This document shows positions 1-28,251 of a DNA stretch of 39,664 bases, piece by piece (position 1 is the stretch's first letter; the number at the start of each line of letters is the position of its first letter). Both the position numbers and the translations under genes were made by a program. The stretch lies in NCBI RefSeq assembly GCF_006345805.1, contig NW_021826246.1:1-39664 (forward strand). The letters run 5' to 3'. Source of the DNA: Octopus sinensis. Its lineage: Eukaryota. The notes beneath the pieces were generated by a model that was not told the DNA's origin, searched no databases, and saw nothing but the letters and a program-made list of their open reading frames with translations.

Positions 1-184
1 ATATATACATATACACGATCATGCAAGGAAGGACACAATTCCATGGTCATGGAATCATCTGGAGATTTTTGCTTGACCTTCAGAGGTCAGAGGCCAGCGT
101 GAAGGTCATCAGACCCTCTTGACATTCATAGTTATCGATTGACCACAGCAGACCCGAAAGATGCGATGAGTTGATAGTCGTGGC

Positions 185-530
185 GGTGACGGCGGTGGCA
201 ACACCGATGTGGTATAGGAGGTAGTGGTGTAGTGGTAGTAGTGATGGTCCGGGAGGGGTGGGTGGATGGGACATTGTTGTGGTGGTGGTGGTGCTTGGTT
301 TTGGTGGTAGTGCTGTTTCTGATAGCAGTGGTCATCATGGTAGCAGCAACAGCAGCAGTAGTAGTAGTAGTAGTAGTAGTAGTTGTAGTAGTAGCATTAG
401 TAGCATTAGTAGTAGTGGTAGCATTAGTAGTAGTAGTAGTAGCGGTGGTGGTGGTGGTGGTAGTGGTAGTAGTAGCAGCAGTAGAGGCAATTGTAGTAGT
501 GGTGGTGGTGGTGGTGGTAGTTGTAGTGGC

Positions 531-562
<32 letters not shown>

Positions 563-1165
563 CGGTGGTGGTGGTGGTATCATCCTTCTAGAGAATTCCA
601 TTGTTGCTGTTGCAGTTTGCGTTGTTTAACCCTAGGTTGGTCAGAAGGGGGACAGACCTATGATCAAAGCCATTCCATTCTGAACATACTGCCTTTTCGT
701 TTTTGTGTTTGTTTGTTTGTTGTTGTTGTTAGTCATGGTGTATCTAGGACTACACTGTTTAATGCGTCTTTCCTTTACTTGGAGATCTTGATTATTGATA
801 CTGTTGGTGATGATGATGGTGATGATGGTGGTGGTGGTGGTGGTATAGGTGGCGGTGGTGGTGGTGGTGGTGGTGGAGGATGGTGGTGGTGGTGGAGGAT
901 GGTGATGATGGTGGTGGTGGCGGTGGTGGTTGGTCGGTTGGTGGTGGTATATGGTGGCGGTGGTGGGGGGTGGTGGTGGTGGTATAGGTGGTGGAGGATG
1001 GTGGTAGTGATGGTGATGATGGTTGTGGTGGTGGTGATGATGATGATGATGAGTGGTGGTAGTGGAGGATGGTGGTGGTGCTGCTGGTAGTGATGGTAGT
1101 AGTGATGGTGATGATGGTTGCGGTGGTGGTGGAAGTTGTAGTGATGGTGATGGTGTTGGTGGCGG

Positions 1166-1199
<34 letters not shown>

Positions 1200-2258
1200 G
1201 GTGGTGGAGGAGGTTGTGATGTTGATGGTGGTAGTGGCATTGAGGCAGTGGTGGTGATGATGGTAGTAGTGATGGTGATGATGATGATGATGTTGTTGTT
1301 GGTGGTGATGGTAGTGGTGGTGATGATGATGATGATGATGGTAGTGGTGATGGTAGTGGTGGTGATGATGATGATGGTGATGATGATGGTAGTGGTGGTG
1401 GTGGTAGTGGTAGTGGTGGTGATGATGATGACAATGTGATGCTGTGGTGACAGTGGGGATGACAGCCACCCCAACCCCCACCAGTGATAATGGTGTTGAT
1501 GACGGTGATGATGTGATGAAGACAACGGCAACGATGACAACCACCATGATGATGATGATTGATGATGATTACGAAGATTGTGACGACGATGATGCTGATG
1601 ATGATGCTGACGATCACGATGGTGACAATGACGATGACAAGGAAAACAACGATGATGACGACGATGTGATTGAAGTGATGACAATGGCTGCAGTGGTGGT
1701 GGTGGTGGTGGTGGTGGTGGTAGAGGAGACATTGTTGTGGCTGCTGTTGTGTTGTTGTTGCTGCTGTGCTGCTGCTGCTGCGCTGTTGAAGCCCCGCCCC
1801 CTTTTGTTGTTGTGTTGACGTCACACCTACGTCAGTCGGGTTGTCATGACGTCAAGTCTCCACCTCGTGCCTTCACTGATTCAATACAACATCACGTCTC
1901 CATACACGCATGGCTTGCAGTAGTAGTGGTAGTAGTAGTAATGGTGGTGGTGGTGGTGGTGGTGGTAGTGGCAGCAGTAGCGGTGGCAGTAAATTATTTT
2001 CTTCAAAATGACCATCATCACTGTCTTCACCCCTCCTCTCCCCACTACTACAACTACCGCCACCACCACCACCACCACCACCACCACCACCACCACCACC
2101 ACGACTACCACGACTACCACAACCACCACCGCCGCCACCACTTCTACTACAACTGCTACTACCACTAAGACGACGACCACCACTACCACTACTGCCACCA
2201 CAACCACCACCATCACCACCAATCACCACCACCATCACCACCTCTACTACTGCTGCTG

Positions 2259-2301
<43 letters not shown>

Positions 2302-2500
2302 CAGCACCACTACCACCAGCACCACTACCACCGCCGCCACTACCACCACTGCTACTACCACAATGACCACCACTACTATTACTATTACCACCACCACCAC
2401 AACCACCACAACCACCACTACCATCACCACTACAATCACAGCCACCACCACCGCCATCCACACCACCTCTACTACCACTACAAAAGCCACCATAACAGAT
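185..2500. repeat. Mosaic trinucleotide field: (GGT/GAT/AGT)n to about 1990, then complementary (ACC/ACT)n 2030-2500
   Basis: Seen directly; source of the many poly-V/G/H/T/P ORFs. Interrupted by unique sequence and by a dispersed repeat at 625-780. Confidence 0.95.
1791..1854. promoter_or_regulatory. GC box plus cluster of cAMP-response elements
   Basis: GCCCCGCCCC at 1791-1800; TGACGTCA at 1816-1823 and 1847-1854; half site ACGTCA at 1829-1834. Function is inferred only. Confidence 0.4.
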
Positions 2501-2769
2501 TGAATAGGGTCCATTAAACCAGCCGTCCTTGGCAAGTCCAGTTCCGCCCCCCCCCCACTCCCGACCTAATTTCCATTTTATTGGGAAAGAAATCGATTGA
2601 AAGATTTTGAGAGAAAGATTTTGAAATGCGGAACGAAAACATGAATTTGCCAGGCCTTGAAAGTCAGCCTTCTTAGGGTTAAACACAGATGAGACAATGT
2701 GGAATGGCCTGGGAACAGCACAAGACCCCCACCACCCCCGCTTACCCCTTTTTCTGTGTATCACCCAGT

Positions 2770-3075
2770 CTCTTGCAGTCGAGCAAAGTATATGATTGTA
2801 AGGTCGTGAGTTCAATTCCCGGCCACGCGTTGTGTCCTTGAGCAAGACACTTTATTTACATGTTGCTCCTGTCCACTCAGTTGGCAAAAGTGATTTGTAC
2901 CTCTATTTCAAAGGGCCGGCCTTGTCACATTCTGTGTCACGCTGAATCTCCCCAAGAACTATGTTAGGGGTACGTGTGTCTGTGGATTTTTCAGTCACTT
3001 GCACGTTAATTTCACGAGCAAGCTGTTCCGTTGATCAGATCAGCTTGGACCCTCGTCGTCGCAACCGACGGAGCA
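2770..3075 (+). mobile_element. tRNA-derived SINE, family C (box B gagttcaattccc, gtgtccttgagcaagacactt core, ..cgtcgcaaccgacggag tail)
   Basis: Related copies at 11560-11690, 14215-14315 and 32335-33055. Confidence 0.75.
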
Positions 3076-3867
3076 AAGAAAAAATACAAACCAATTTACA
3101 TCTTTTCTCTTTCTCGCAATCTTCCTTCAATCACTATGCCTAGCTCTCACCCCTTGCCCAGCTTTCAGTCCCCAATCCTGTCCTCACACCCCTGCTCCTC
3201 TGTATCATTGCTACCCAGTAGCCCCTCCATGACCCCGAGTCTGCTGTTCTAACCACTTGGCCATGTGTCTCCTTTTTTCTAGATTAGGTAGGCATAATTC
3301 ACCCTGGCTTTTCAATCTCAGTATTTAAGCTACATATATTACTGCTGTAGTACACATGCTGTGTACACTCCTACAACACCGTTTTCTGTATGTGCTATAA
3401 AGGCAGAAGGAAATCTGCCTTCAACTCAGTCACATGGCTGTGTTTTGCTTATTTTTTGTGTGTTTTACTACATAAACATCACCAACTGCTTACCCTGAGT
3501 AATTACTGACAGCACATACCTGCTCTATACCTCATCAGTGAATGACATGCCGGCTATGGTGTCTGCATTATCTGACATGCTTGCCCTCCCGGTGAGGTTA
3601 TTTGTCAAATTTGCAAGGTGGAGTTTTGGGTTGCAGGGTGTGTGTGGGTTTGGGCAGAAGCATTTGTTTGCCTGCTGAAACATTAGGGGGTGACTGTCAG
3701 ATGTCTTATGGTAAACCTATTGGTTGGAGCTGGATGGATCAAATCACCCAGGGTGAATGCTGCTGCAAGAACAAACAGTGGCACAGCTAATAGGGGAGCA
3801 AGGGGGAGTGCCGCCCCCACTTGAGCAGATTTTTCAAAATTGGAGCTTTTCCAACAATTTTTTTTTA

Positions 3868-4293
3868 ACTCTTTACTCTTTACTCTTTCACTCTTTTACT
3901 TGTTTCAGTCATTTGACTGCGGCCATGCTGGAGCACCACCTTTAGTCGAGCAAATCGACCCTAGGACTTATTATTTATAAGCCTAGTACTTATTCTATCG
4001 TTCTCTTTTGTCGAACCGCTAAGTGACGGGAACGTAAACACACCAGCATCGGTTGTCAAGCGATGTTGGGGGGGACAAACACAGACACACAAACATATAC
4101 ACACACACATATATATATATACATATATATGATGGGCTTCTTTCAGTTTCCGTCTACCAAATCCACTCACAAGGCTTTGGTCGGCCCGAGGCTATAGTAG
4201 AAGACACTTGCCCAAGGTGCCATGCAGTAGGACTGAACCCATAACCATGTGGTTGATAAGCAAACTACTTACCACATAGCCCCTCTTGTGCCC
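3868..4293 (-). mobile_element. Full-length tRNA-derived SINE, family A (about 425 bp with internal (TA/TG)n)
   Basis: On the minus strand: box A-like gctatgtggt, box B-like ggttcagtcct, ccttgggcaagtgtctt core and (AAAGAGT)n tail. Many copies in the window. Confidence 0.85.
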
Positions 4294-4320
4294 TATATAT
4301 ATATATATATATACATATAT

Positions 4321-4460
4321 TGACGGGCTTCTTCAGTTTCCGTCTACCAAATCCACTCACAAGGCTTTGGTTGGCCCAAGGCTATAGTAGAAGACACTTG
4401 CCCAAGGTGCCATGCAGTGGAACTGAACCCGGAACCATGTGGTTGGTGAACAAGCTACTT
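4321..4460 (-). mobile_element. SINE family A, 5' head only
   Basis: Near-identical to 4130-4270. Confidence 0.85.
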
Positions 4461-5261
4461 GTTCGCTTGTGTGATTTATCCTCCAGGGGTCAATAGAATA
4501 AAGTACCAGTCAAGTACAAAGATCAATGGGGTCGACTGACCCCCATCAAACTGGAAACTGGTGGCACTGCAATTAAAACCCTTTGACATTGAGATTAGTC
4601 TTGCAAACGAGACGCTTAATTACATTGTTTTGAATTATTCATGCATTTTATCTGGTGGTGGTGGTGGTAGTGGTGGAGGTGGTGGTGATGGTGGTGATGG
4701 TGGTGATGGTGGTGATGGTGATGAGGTTGATGATGATGGTTGTAGTGCTGGTGATGGATGACGTTAATGATAAAGATGATGATGATGATGGTGGTGGTGG
4801 TGGTGGTGGTGGAAATGACATCAATGATGATGATGACGATGATGATGATGATGAGAAGGAGGAGAAGGAGGACGATGACGATGATGACGATGACGACGAT
4901 AGCTGTGATGACAACAACTATTGTGAAGATGATGATGCTGATGATGATGATGATGATAATAGACTAAGGCACCGGTCACGTAGAAGGGTGGGTGTCAGTG
5001 GCACCAACCAGCCTCTCCTCCTGCCCCTCCCCTCAAAAGCATGCGATCTTCCACCTAAAAAAAAAAAAACCAGACACAACTTCTTATATTTCCACCTCTG
5101 TCTAGGATTTCTCTCACCGAAAAAACCAATATTGAAATGAATTCCTCACACTTTAAATCCGATCAGACAATTAATTACCTCCTCATTAACGAAGCATCGT
5201 TTCATGGACTATCTTTTTTTTTTAATGTTTTCGCATGATTCACGTTTTTAATTCTTTTATT

Positions 5262-5301
<40 letters not shown>

Positions 5302-5377
5302 CTTCCCTCTCTCTCTTTCTTCCTCTCTTCCCCCTCTCTCTCTCTCTCTCTTTCTCTGTAACTTTTATTTTCATCAG

Positions 5378-5614
5378 ATATGATTTATGGACACGTTTAT
5401 CTCGCATCTTTGCTGGCAGATAATAACGCATCGTTATCGCTTAATCAGTGTTGTCGTCGTCATTGTGGCTGTTATCATCATCATCATCATCATCATTGTC
5501 ATTGTTATCTTTATGATCATCAACATTACCACCACCACCATCACCACCAACACCACCTTCACTTGACCATACCAGCGCAGTCTTCTCTCTTGAACACTAC
5601 AACTGGTGTCTCTC

Positions 5615-5621
<7 letters not shown>
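5378..5621 (+). CDS. Gene 1 exon 1: mostly 5' UTR, start codon ATG at 5615 (coding part 5615-5621)
   Basis: Acceptor ttttattttcatcag ends at 5377; donor G|gtaagt at 5622. ATG TCT G joins AT at 9994 to give M-S-D in frame with exon 2. The acceptor implies a further upstream non-coding exon. Confidence 0.6.
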
Positions 5622-21622
<16,001 letters not shown>

Positions 21623-22030
21623 CAGCAGCAGCAGCTGTCCAAGAATTTGGACCTGGAGATCTCCATTTCCAGCGATCTTGAGGACCACCTCCCCGTGGTG
21701 TTGGGCGTCAACGAAGAGCCCTCGACTACAACAAGACAACCAAAGTTTTTTTTTCTTCTTTCCAAGGTCTGGGGTCTCCCGCCCCTAAGCCCTAGACCAT
21801 CACCTAATCACCTTCACCCGTCTTGTTGCTTAACAACAACAACAACAACAACAGCAGCAGCAGTTGTATATATACTAAGTCTAAGAGAATATACAATAAT
21901 ATAAATGCAGGAGTTTGTATATATGTATACATACACACACACGTATTCAGATATACACCTTAATGTATATATGCATACATATTTATATATTTATTCATAT
22001 AGATGTATATATGTGTATGCATGTACACAT

Positions 22031-22074
<44 letters not shown>

Positions 22075-22370
22075 TGTGTGTGGACATGTTGCTGAATGCA
22101 CTTTTGCCAAAGGACAAGAAACTGAAGCCAAGAGGCTGAATGGACAAAATGCCGAATGGACATAAAGGTGAACAGGCATAATAAACCTACATGGTTTAAT
22201 GACTAATCACCCATGTGGCATTTAAGATTTAACGAGATGAAATTTTAATTTTTTTATGTTTTGTTGGCCTCTTGTCCATTTGGCATTGTGTCTGTTTGGC
22301 AAAAGTGCATTTGGCATCCCATCCATGTACCATATACATACATACATACATACATATATATATATATATC

Positions 22371-22650
22371 TTTATATATAAATTATAAGAGAGTTACCAC
22401 TATGTGGTTAGCTCTAGAGCTAAAAATAGCTCCGTTACTGGTATAGCCACAGAAAGTTGTTTCCAAGAAGAAATAACATTCAACGGAAGGAAAGTGAAAT
22501 ATAACGAAAAAATAGATTAACCCTGAACAATTGTTTCATTATTAATGTTATTTCTTGGAAACAACTTTCTGTGGCTATACCAGTAACGGAGCTATTTTTA
22601 GCTCTAGAGCTAACCACATAGTGGTAACTCTCTTATAATTTATGTATAAA
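22371..22650. mobile_element. Fold-back/MITE element with perfect 92-bp inverted arms
   Basis: 22378-22469 is the exact reverse complement of 22552-22643; 82-nt spacer. Confidence 0.85.
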
Positions 22651-23284
22651 TTTGTATTATCTCCCTGGTTTTATGTGCTAAGCCACTTGGTGTTAAACTG
22701 ATGGTATTATTAAATTAATATCAAATTTTTCACCCTCATTTATAAATTTATATATATATATATATATATATATGTATAAACAAGGGGAATGAGTTGAACA
22801 AGTCCTTTTATTACATCAATTTACAATTGTTTCATTGAAATTTGATCTCATGAATATTGTTATATTATGCAATTTATTCAAGAGGTATCAAATTCAACTC
22901 ATCAGGACTACGTATAAAATTCATTTGCTGTAGATGCTTGAATTATCAATAATTTATAATAATACTGACTCCGGCTTCTTTACATGAAACCATTGGAAAT
23001 TAGTTAACAAAAGAACTTGCCCATTCCCCTCTACATGCTTATAATTGTAAAGAACTCTACAGAAACTTTCAGATTTTCAGGCCTATGTCTATCTGTCTGA
23101 TAGGCTGTCTCCATGGACAAACTTAACCCATTAATGTCCGAAATAAAATATTTGATGACACATAGATATTGCTAGATAAATTATTATTCTTTGTCTTCAG
23201 AAAGGTTTTTGATGTCTAAATTTATGAAATTACAAAAAGGCATATGATAAATCATACACTGGGTTAATAAGGTAAAATCCAAGA

Positions 23285-23320
23285 TTATATACATGTATAT
23301 ATATAAAATATATAATATGA

Positions 23321-23384
<64 letters not shown>

Positions 23385-23480
23385 TATATATAAATATATA
23401 TATATATATGTATGTATGTATGTATATATATAATATATACACACACATATATATATATAATATATACATATATATATATG

Positions 23481-23535
<55 letters not shown>

Positions 23536-23616
23536 ATAATATAAAATTTGATTTAGTATTTCTAAATGAATTTTTCCCTGTAAGTTTGGAATAATATTCC
23601 CTCAAATTATTGTATC

Positions 23617-23674
<58 letters not shown>

Positions 23675-23913
23675 CCACACACACACCATATGTATATACA
23701 TGTGTATATAAGTTCTGTTCTTTGAAGCTATATTTGGTTTTACACCCATTTTTTTTTCCATGCTGGCATGGGTTAAACAATACTTTTTGCACCAGAGCTT
23801 CCATATCCAGGTGCTCTTTCTGTCACCAACATTTACCTGTTAGCCGAGAAAGCTATTTTTCTATTTTTCTTGTTCTCACCATCGAAAGCTAAACCCAATG
23901 CATACGTACATTC

Positions 23914-23944
<31 letters not shown>

Positions 23945-24551
23945 CATACATACATACATACATACATACATACATACATACATACATACAACACACTCAA
24001 CAAGTTGAGGCTTTCAGCCAAAGAAAATGATGAGCGAACTTTCTAACTTTGTAGGTGAAAACTTGTAAGTGGAACAGTAAATATATGCAAGACTTTTCTA
24101 AAGTTCAGCAAGCAAATATTCAGTGTTATTTCTATCTAAAGGACATTGATGGAGCTGTTTGAAACGAACCTGTGCTTTAGAGGAAGAATTCAAGACATTA
24201 AAAAGAATAAAATGAAACATAGAGATACTGGTGTATATATAATATACATACATTCATATATACCATAATATAGTTCTTTATTTTCTTGCTTTATATACAT
24301 ATATATCTATATTTGCGAGAGGGTGTATAAATACAATTAGGTGCATTGTGTATATGACATATCTGTGAATATGTATGTTTATATGTTATGTAAGTATATA
24401 TATATATATGAATAAATAAATATATATGTGCTTGTGTGCATGGATGTGTTGGTGTGTATGTGTGTGCATGTGTGTGCATTTGTGACATATGTAAAAATAG
24501 AAGTTATATATGTTTCACTGGGTGGTGTATATGTATGTATATATGTATGTC

Positions 24552-24585
<34 letters not shown>

Positions 24586-24896
24586 TATTGATTTATTCAT
24601 TGAGATGTATGATTATACATATACACATATATATATACACACACATATGTGCACATATGTATATATGTATGTGTGAGTATGTGTATATGTATGTATAATA
24701 TATATATATATATATATATATATGCATGTATACATATGTATGTGTACATACATACACACATACACTCAGAGGCCATAAATATATGGGTTCCTACATATCT
24801 ATGTATGTATGTACGTGTGTGTATATTCATGTTGTATATATATCTATATATATATGTATATATATATATGTACATATTAATACATATACATACATA

Positions 24897-24929
<33 letters not shown>

Positions 24930-24985
24930 TGAATATATACCTATGTGTGTATGAGTGTGTATCTTTGTGTGTGTGTGTGTGTGTA
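23285..24985. repeat. Intergenic (TA)n, (TG)n and (CATA)n microsatellite cluster
   Basis: Blocks at about 23285-23540, 23615-23675, 23915-23990 and 24500-24985. Confidence 0.9.
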
Positions 24986-25320
24986 GGGCGAGGTGGGGGG
25001 TTTGGGGATGGGATGAGGGTTCTCAGGGTTGTATATAATATGTTGGCAGATTATCTTAGGAGGTTCCAATGTTGAAGATGATACAAACAACAAATTCCAA
25101 ATTTCCTTTTCCGTTCTCACTGTCCCGGTTTCTTATTTTTTTTTCTTAATTTTATTTCATTAATGAAATTATTAATTAATTTACATTTTTCGCTTTTGCA
25201 ATTTTTAAAATCATTTTTTTCCTGTTGTTTTTTTTTCTGTGTGTGTTTTTTTTTATATATTTTTATTTTTCATTAATTTAATTTTTTTTTTTTCAATTTC
25301 TGTTTTTTTTTTTTAAAACT

Positions 25321-25326
25321 TTTATT
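25321..25326 (-). terminator. Polyadenylation signal AATAAA of gene 2
   Basis: Plus-strand tttatt at 25321-25326, about 70 nt downstream of the stop. Confidence 0.55.
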
Positions 25327-25397
25327 GAGGACCCAAGACATTGCTCTGTCTTGGGGTCATAGGTTTAGTTTGGTCACAAGGGAGCTGGCGACTCTTT

Positions 25398-25426
25398 TTA
25401 GGCAGATTTTCGTTTTGATTCTGGAT
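25398..25426 (-). CDS. Gene 2 last coding exon (DPESKRKSA*)
   Basis: ttgtttgtttcag acceptor, phase 1, TAA stop, followed by a short UTR with AATAAA. Confidence 0.7.
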
Positions 25427-25437
25427 CTGAAACAAAC

Positions 25438-25470
<33 letters not shown>

Positions 25471-26043
25471 AATAATAATAATATAATAATATAATAATAA
25501 TAATAATAGGGGAGAGGACTCTAGTTGATTACATTGACTGGTAGGGCCGTCTGAAGAGGAGCTGGAAAATCAGAAGAATGCACCGCGAAGTGAAAAAGAA
25601 CCAGTGTATGTGTGCATGTTTTTTATTGGCATGATGACCCACCCACAATAAAAAGGAAATCTACTTCAATGCATAAATTAGCATCTAGAATATTGCAAAA
25701 ACGAAATATTGGGACAAACCTTGCTTTTTGGTTTCTGCTTTCTTGTCTCGTCGCTCGCTCGATTGGGCCGGCGTCTTTTTCGACAAGGCTATGGGCTCGA
25801 CTTTCCTGCGTGGTATTCTACTGTTCATTCTGCTTCTGAGCCGCATCCTTTCCCGCAGGCTGTTCTCCCTGTTTGCTTCTTCTTCTGCCTCTGCCTCTGC
25901 CTCTGCCTCTGCCTCCGCCTCCTCCTCCTCTTCGTTTGTTTCATCTTCATTCTCCAATTCTGAAGATTCCTCTGAGCTTTTCAAGGCATTTCGGGCAAGG
26001 ACACTCTCTGCGAAGATCAACAGAAACAACAACAACAATGATA

Positions 26044-26100
<57 letters not shown>

Positions 26101-26255
26101 TAATAATAATAATAATAATAAAAGGATGGAAGGCAAAGTTGACCTCAGCAGGATTTGAACTCAGAACGCATAGACAGATGAAATGCTGCTAAGCATTTTG
26201 CCCAGCATGTTAACAATTCTGCCAGATCACTGCCTTAAAAATAATAGTAATAATG

Positions 26256-26294
<39 letters not shown>

Positions 26295-26755
26295 GATGCA
26301 GTACCAGGCAGTGGCTCTCATGATGCCCTGATGCAGTACCAGGCAGTGGCTCTCATGGCTCCTGATCTTAACTGATTGGAAGTGTTATCATGTACATTGT
26401 TTTGTCTTAGTATAAAAGATGGGCTACAGCAAATATTCTGCTCAATACCACAGATTTGCTTGTCAGTTGTTTGACTTATGCAGTACCAGGCATAATGTAC
26501 TCCTTATTCCTTCGCAATTAGGAATATGTAGCCTTCGAAACATATGTCGAAAATAAAGGAATTTTGTTAATTCGTCGTTCAGTTCCATTCTTTCATACAT
26601 TTATATTTTTAAAATAAACATACAAATTTCCACACGAAAGCACGTAATCTATGCCCTAGGCACGTAACTTCAACCGTGTTCTTTCTGATGTGAATTTGCT
26701 ACCCAGGTATCGGTTAATTCGAATTATCCTTAATAAGATAATTCATTCAACTACT

Positions 26756-26806
<51 letters not shown>

Positions 26807-28210
26807 GGATATATATATATGAAGTAGGATGCTGAAAAGTTCCTGGCTGTGGGTAAAAGAAAATAGAGGAGGATCAGTTGATCATGATTTTATTCAACAT
26901 ATTCCCTTCTCAGATTCACACACTTATTGCAGGGGTCCTTCAGTTTTTCTAAACCCTGTAAAAGAACTCAGAAGGTTGGGTCTCCAATCAGGCCTTTAAC
27001 AATATCCATAAAGCCAGCAACTTTTCAGTACCCCCTTGTATACACCCATCCACAATGAGAGACACACACACACACTAAGACACAGAGACAAGTCTTTCAG
27101 GAATAACATCCTTACCGATAATCCGTTGTATTTTCTCTCGTTCAGCTCGTGATGTTGGTTGGGAGTCTGAGATTGTGTTTAAGACGCTTTCAGATTCAGG
27201 ATACCCTAAAAAGACAAGACGGAATTGGTAAATATACATACTTACACATCCACACACATCCACACACACACACACACACAAGCATGCACGTGCATGCACA
27301 TATATATCTTCTTTCAGTTTCCGTCTACCAAATCCACTCACAAGATTTTTGGTCCATGCATTTACAACCCCTATCTCTATTTATATATATATATGTGTGT
27401 GTGTGTGTGTTGTATAAATAACAAAAACATCTTTAAATGATTATTCTGGAGAATATTCACCATCTATTTCAATTACTGCTTGGTGCTTTGTTTAAATTTT
27501 TTGTTGAATAAAATTTATTGAAAAAAAGCCGCAATAATAATGCACCAACCTAATATATATATCTATATATATGACAGGCTTCTTTCAGTTTCCACCTACC
27601 AAATCCATTCATAAGGCTTTGGTTGGCCTGAGGCTATAGTAGAAGATACTTGCCCAAGGTGCCATGCAATGGGACTGAACCTGGAACCATGTGGTTGGGA
27701 AGCAAGCTTCTTGCCACACAACCACGTGTGTATGTATTTTGTATTTCATACCCAAACTGTGTCCTTTAAACCCTTAAATATGGTACGTCTATTTGCCTGT
27801 CAATCCGTCCCTCTGTCCACCCCCGTCGATAATGACGTGACGGTCAAAACTAGTTACCTCCATAGTTTGCTTGTTCCAAAAGTCCGGTGAGCCAATCACT
27901 GTTCTCTTGTGGCTCTTCTTCGCGACTGACCGGAACGAGTTCCGGCTTCATGTCTGGGAATCGGCTGTAAGACTGTTGAATGGCATCGGCCGGGATGTCG
28001 ACGTATTCGGACTGAGCATTGACGCTGGGGTCGATCGGGTAGCTGTCTTCGTTGCTGTCCTCGTAGCGACTGCTGTCCTCCGAAGCGCTCTCCACCTGAC
28101 CGTATGGGTAGATCCTGTTGTCCAGCGTGTCACCAGCACCGTTGAATGGCATCACGTAGTCTTGTTCGGCATAGTCCAAGGGAGGGGCGTTCAGCTGAAA
28201 GAGAATGATG

Positions 28211-28251
<41 letters not shown>

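Noticed and set aside
232-2535. Many long ORFs (up to 363 aa) on both strands
   Set aside because: They are translations of trinucleotide repeats that lack stops in most frames; homopolymeric products with no splice or codon support.
3440-3545. Minus-strand CTGATGAG as a hammerhead core
   Set aside because: No GAAA closing a stem II and no cleavage triplet in register.
23123-23267. piggyBac-like MITE (TTAACCCA..TGGGTTAA)
   Set aside because: Only 8 bp of inverted match and no second copy in the window.
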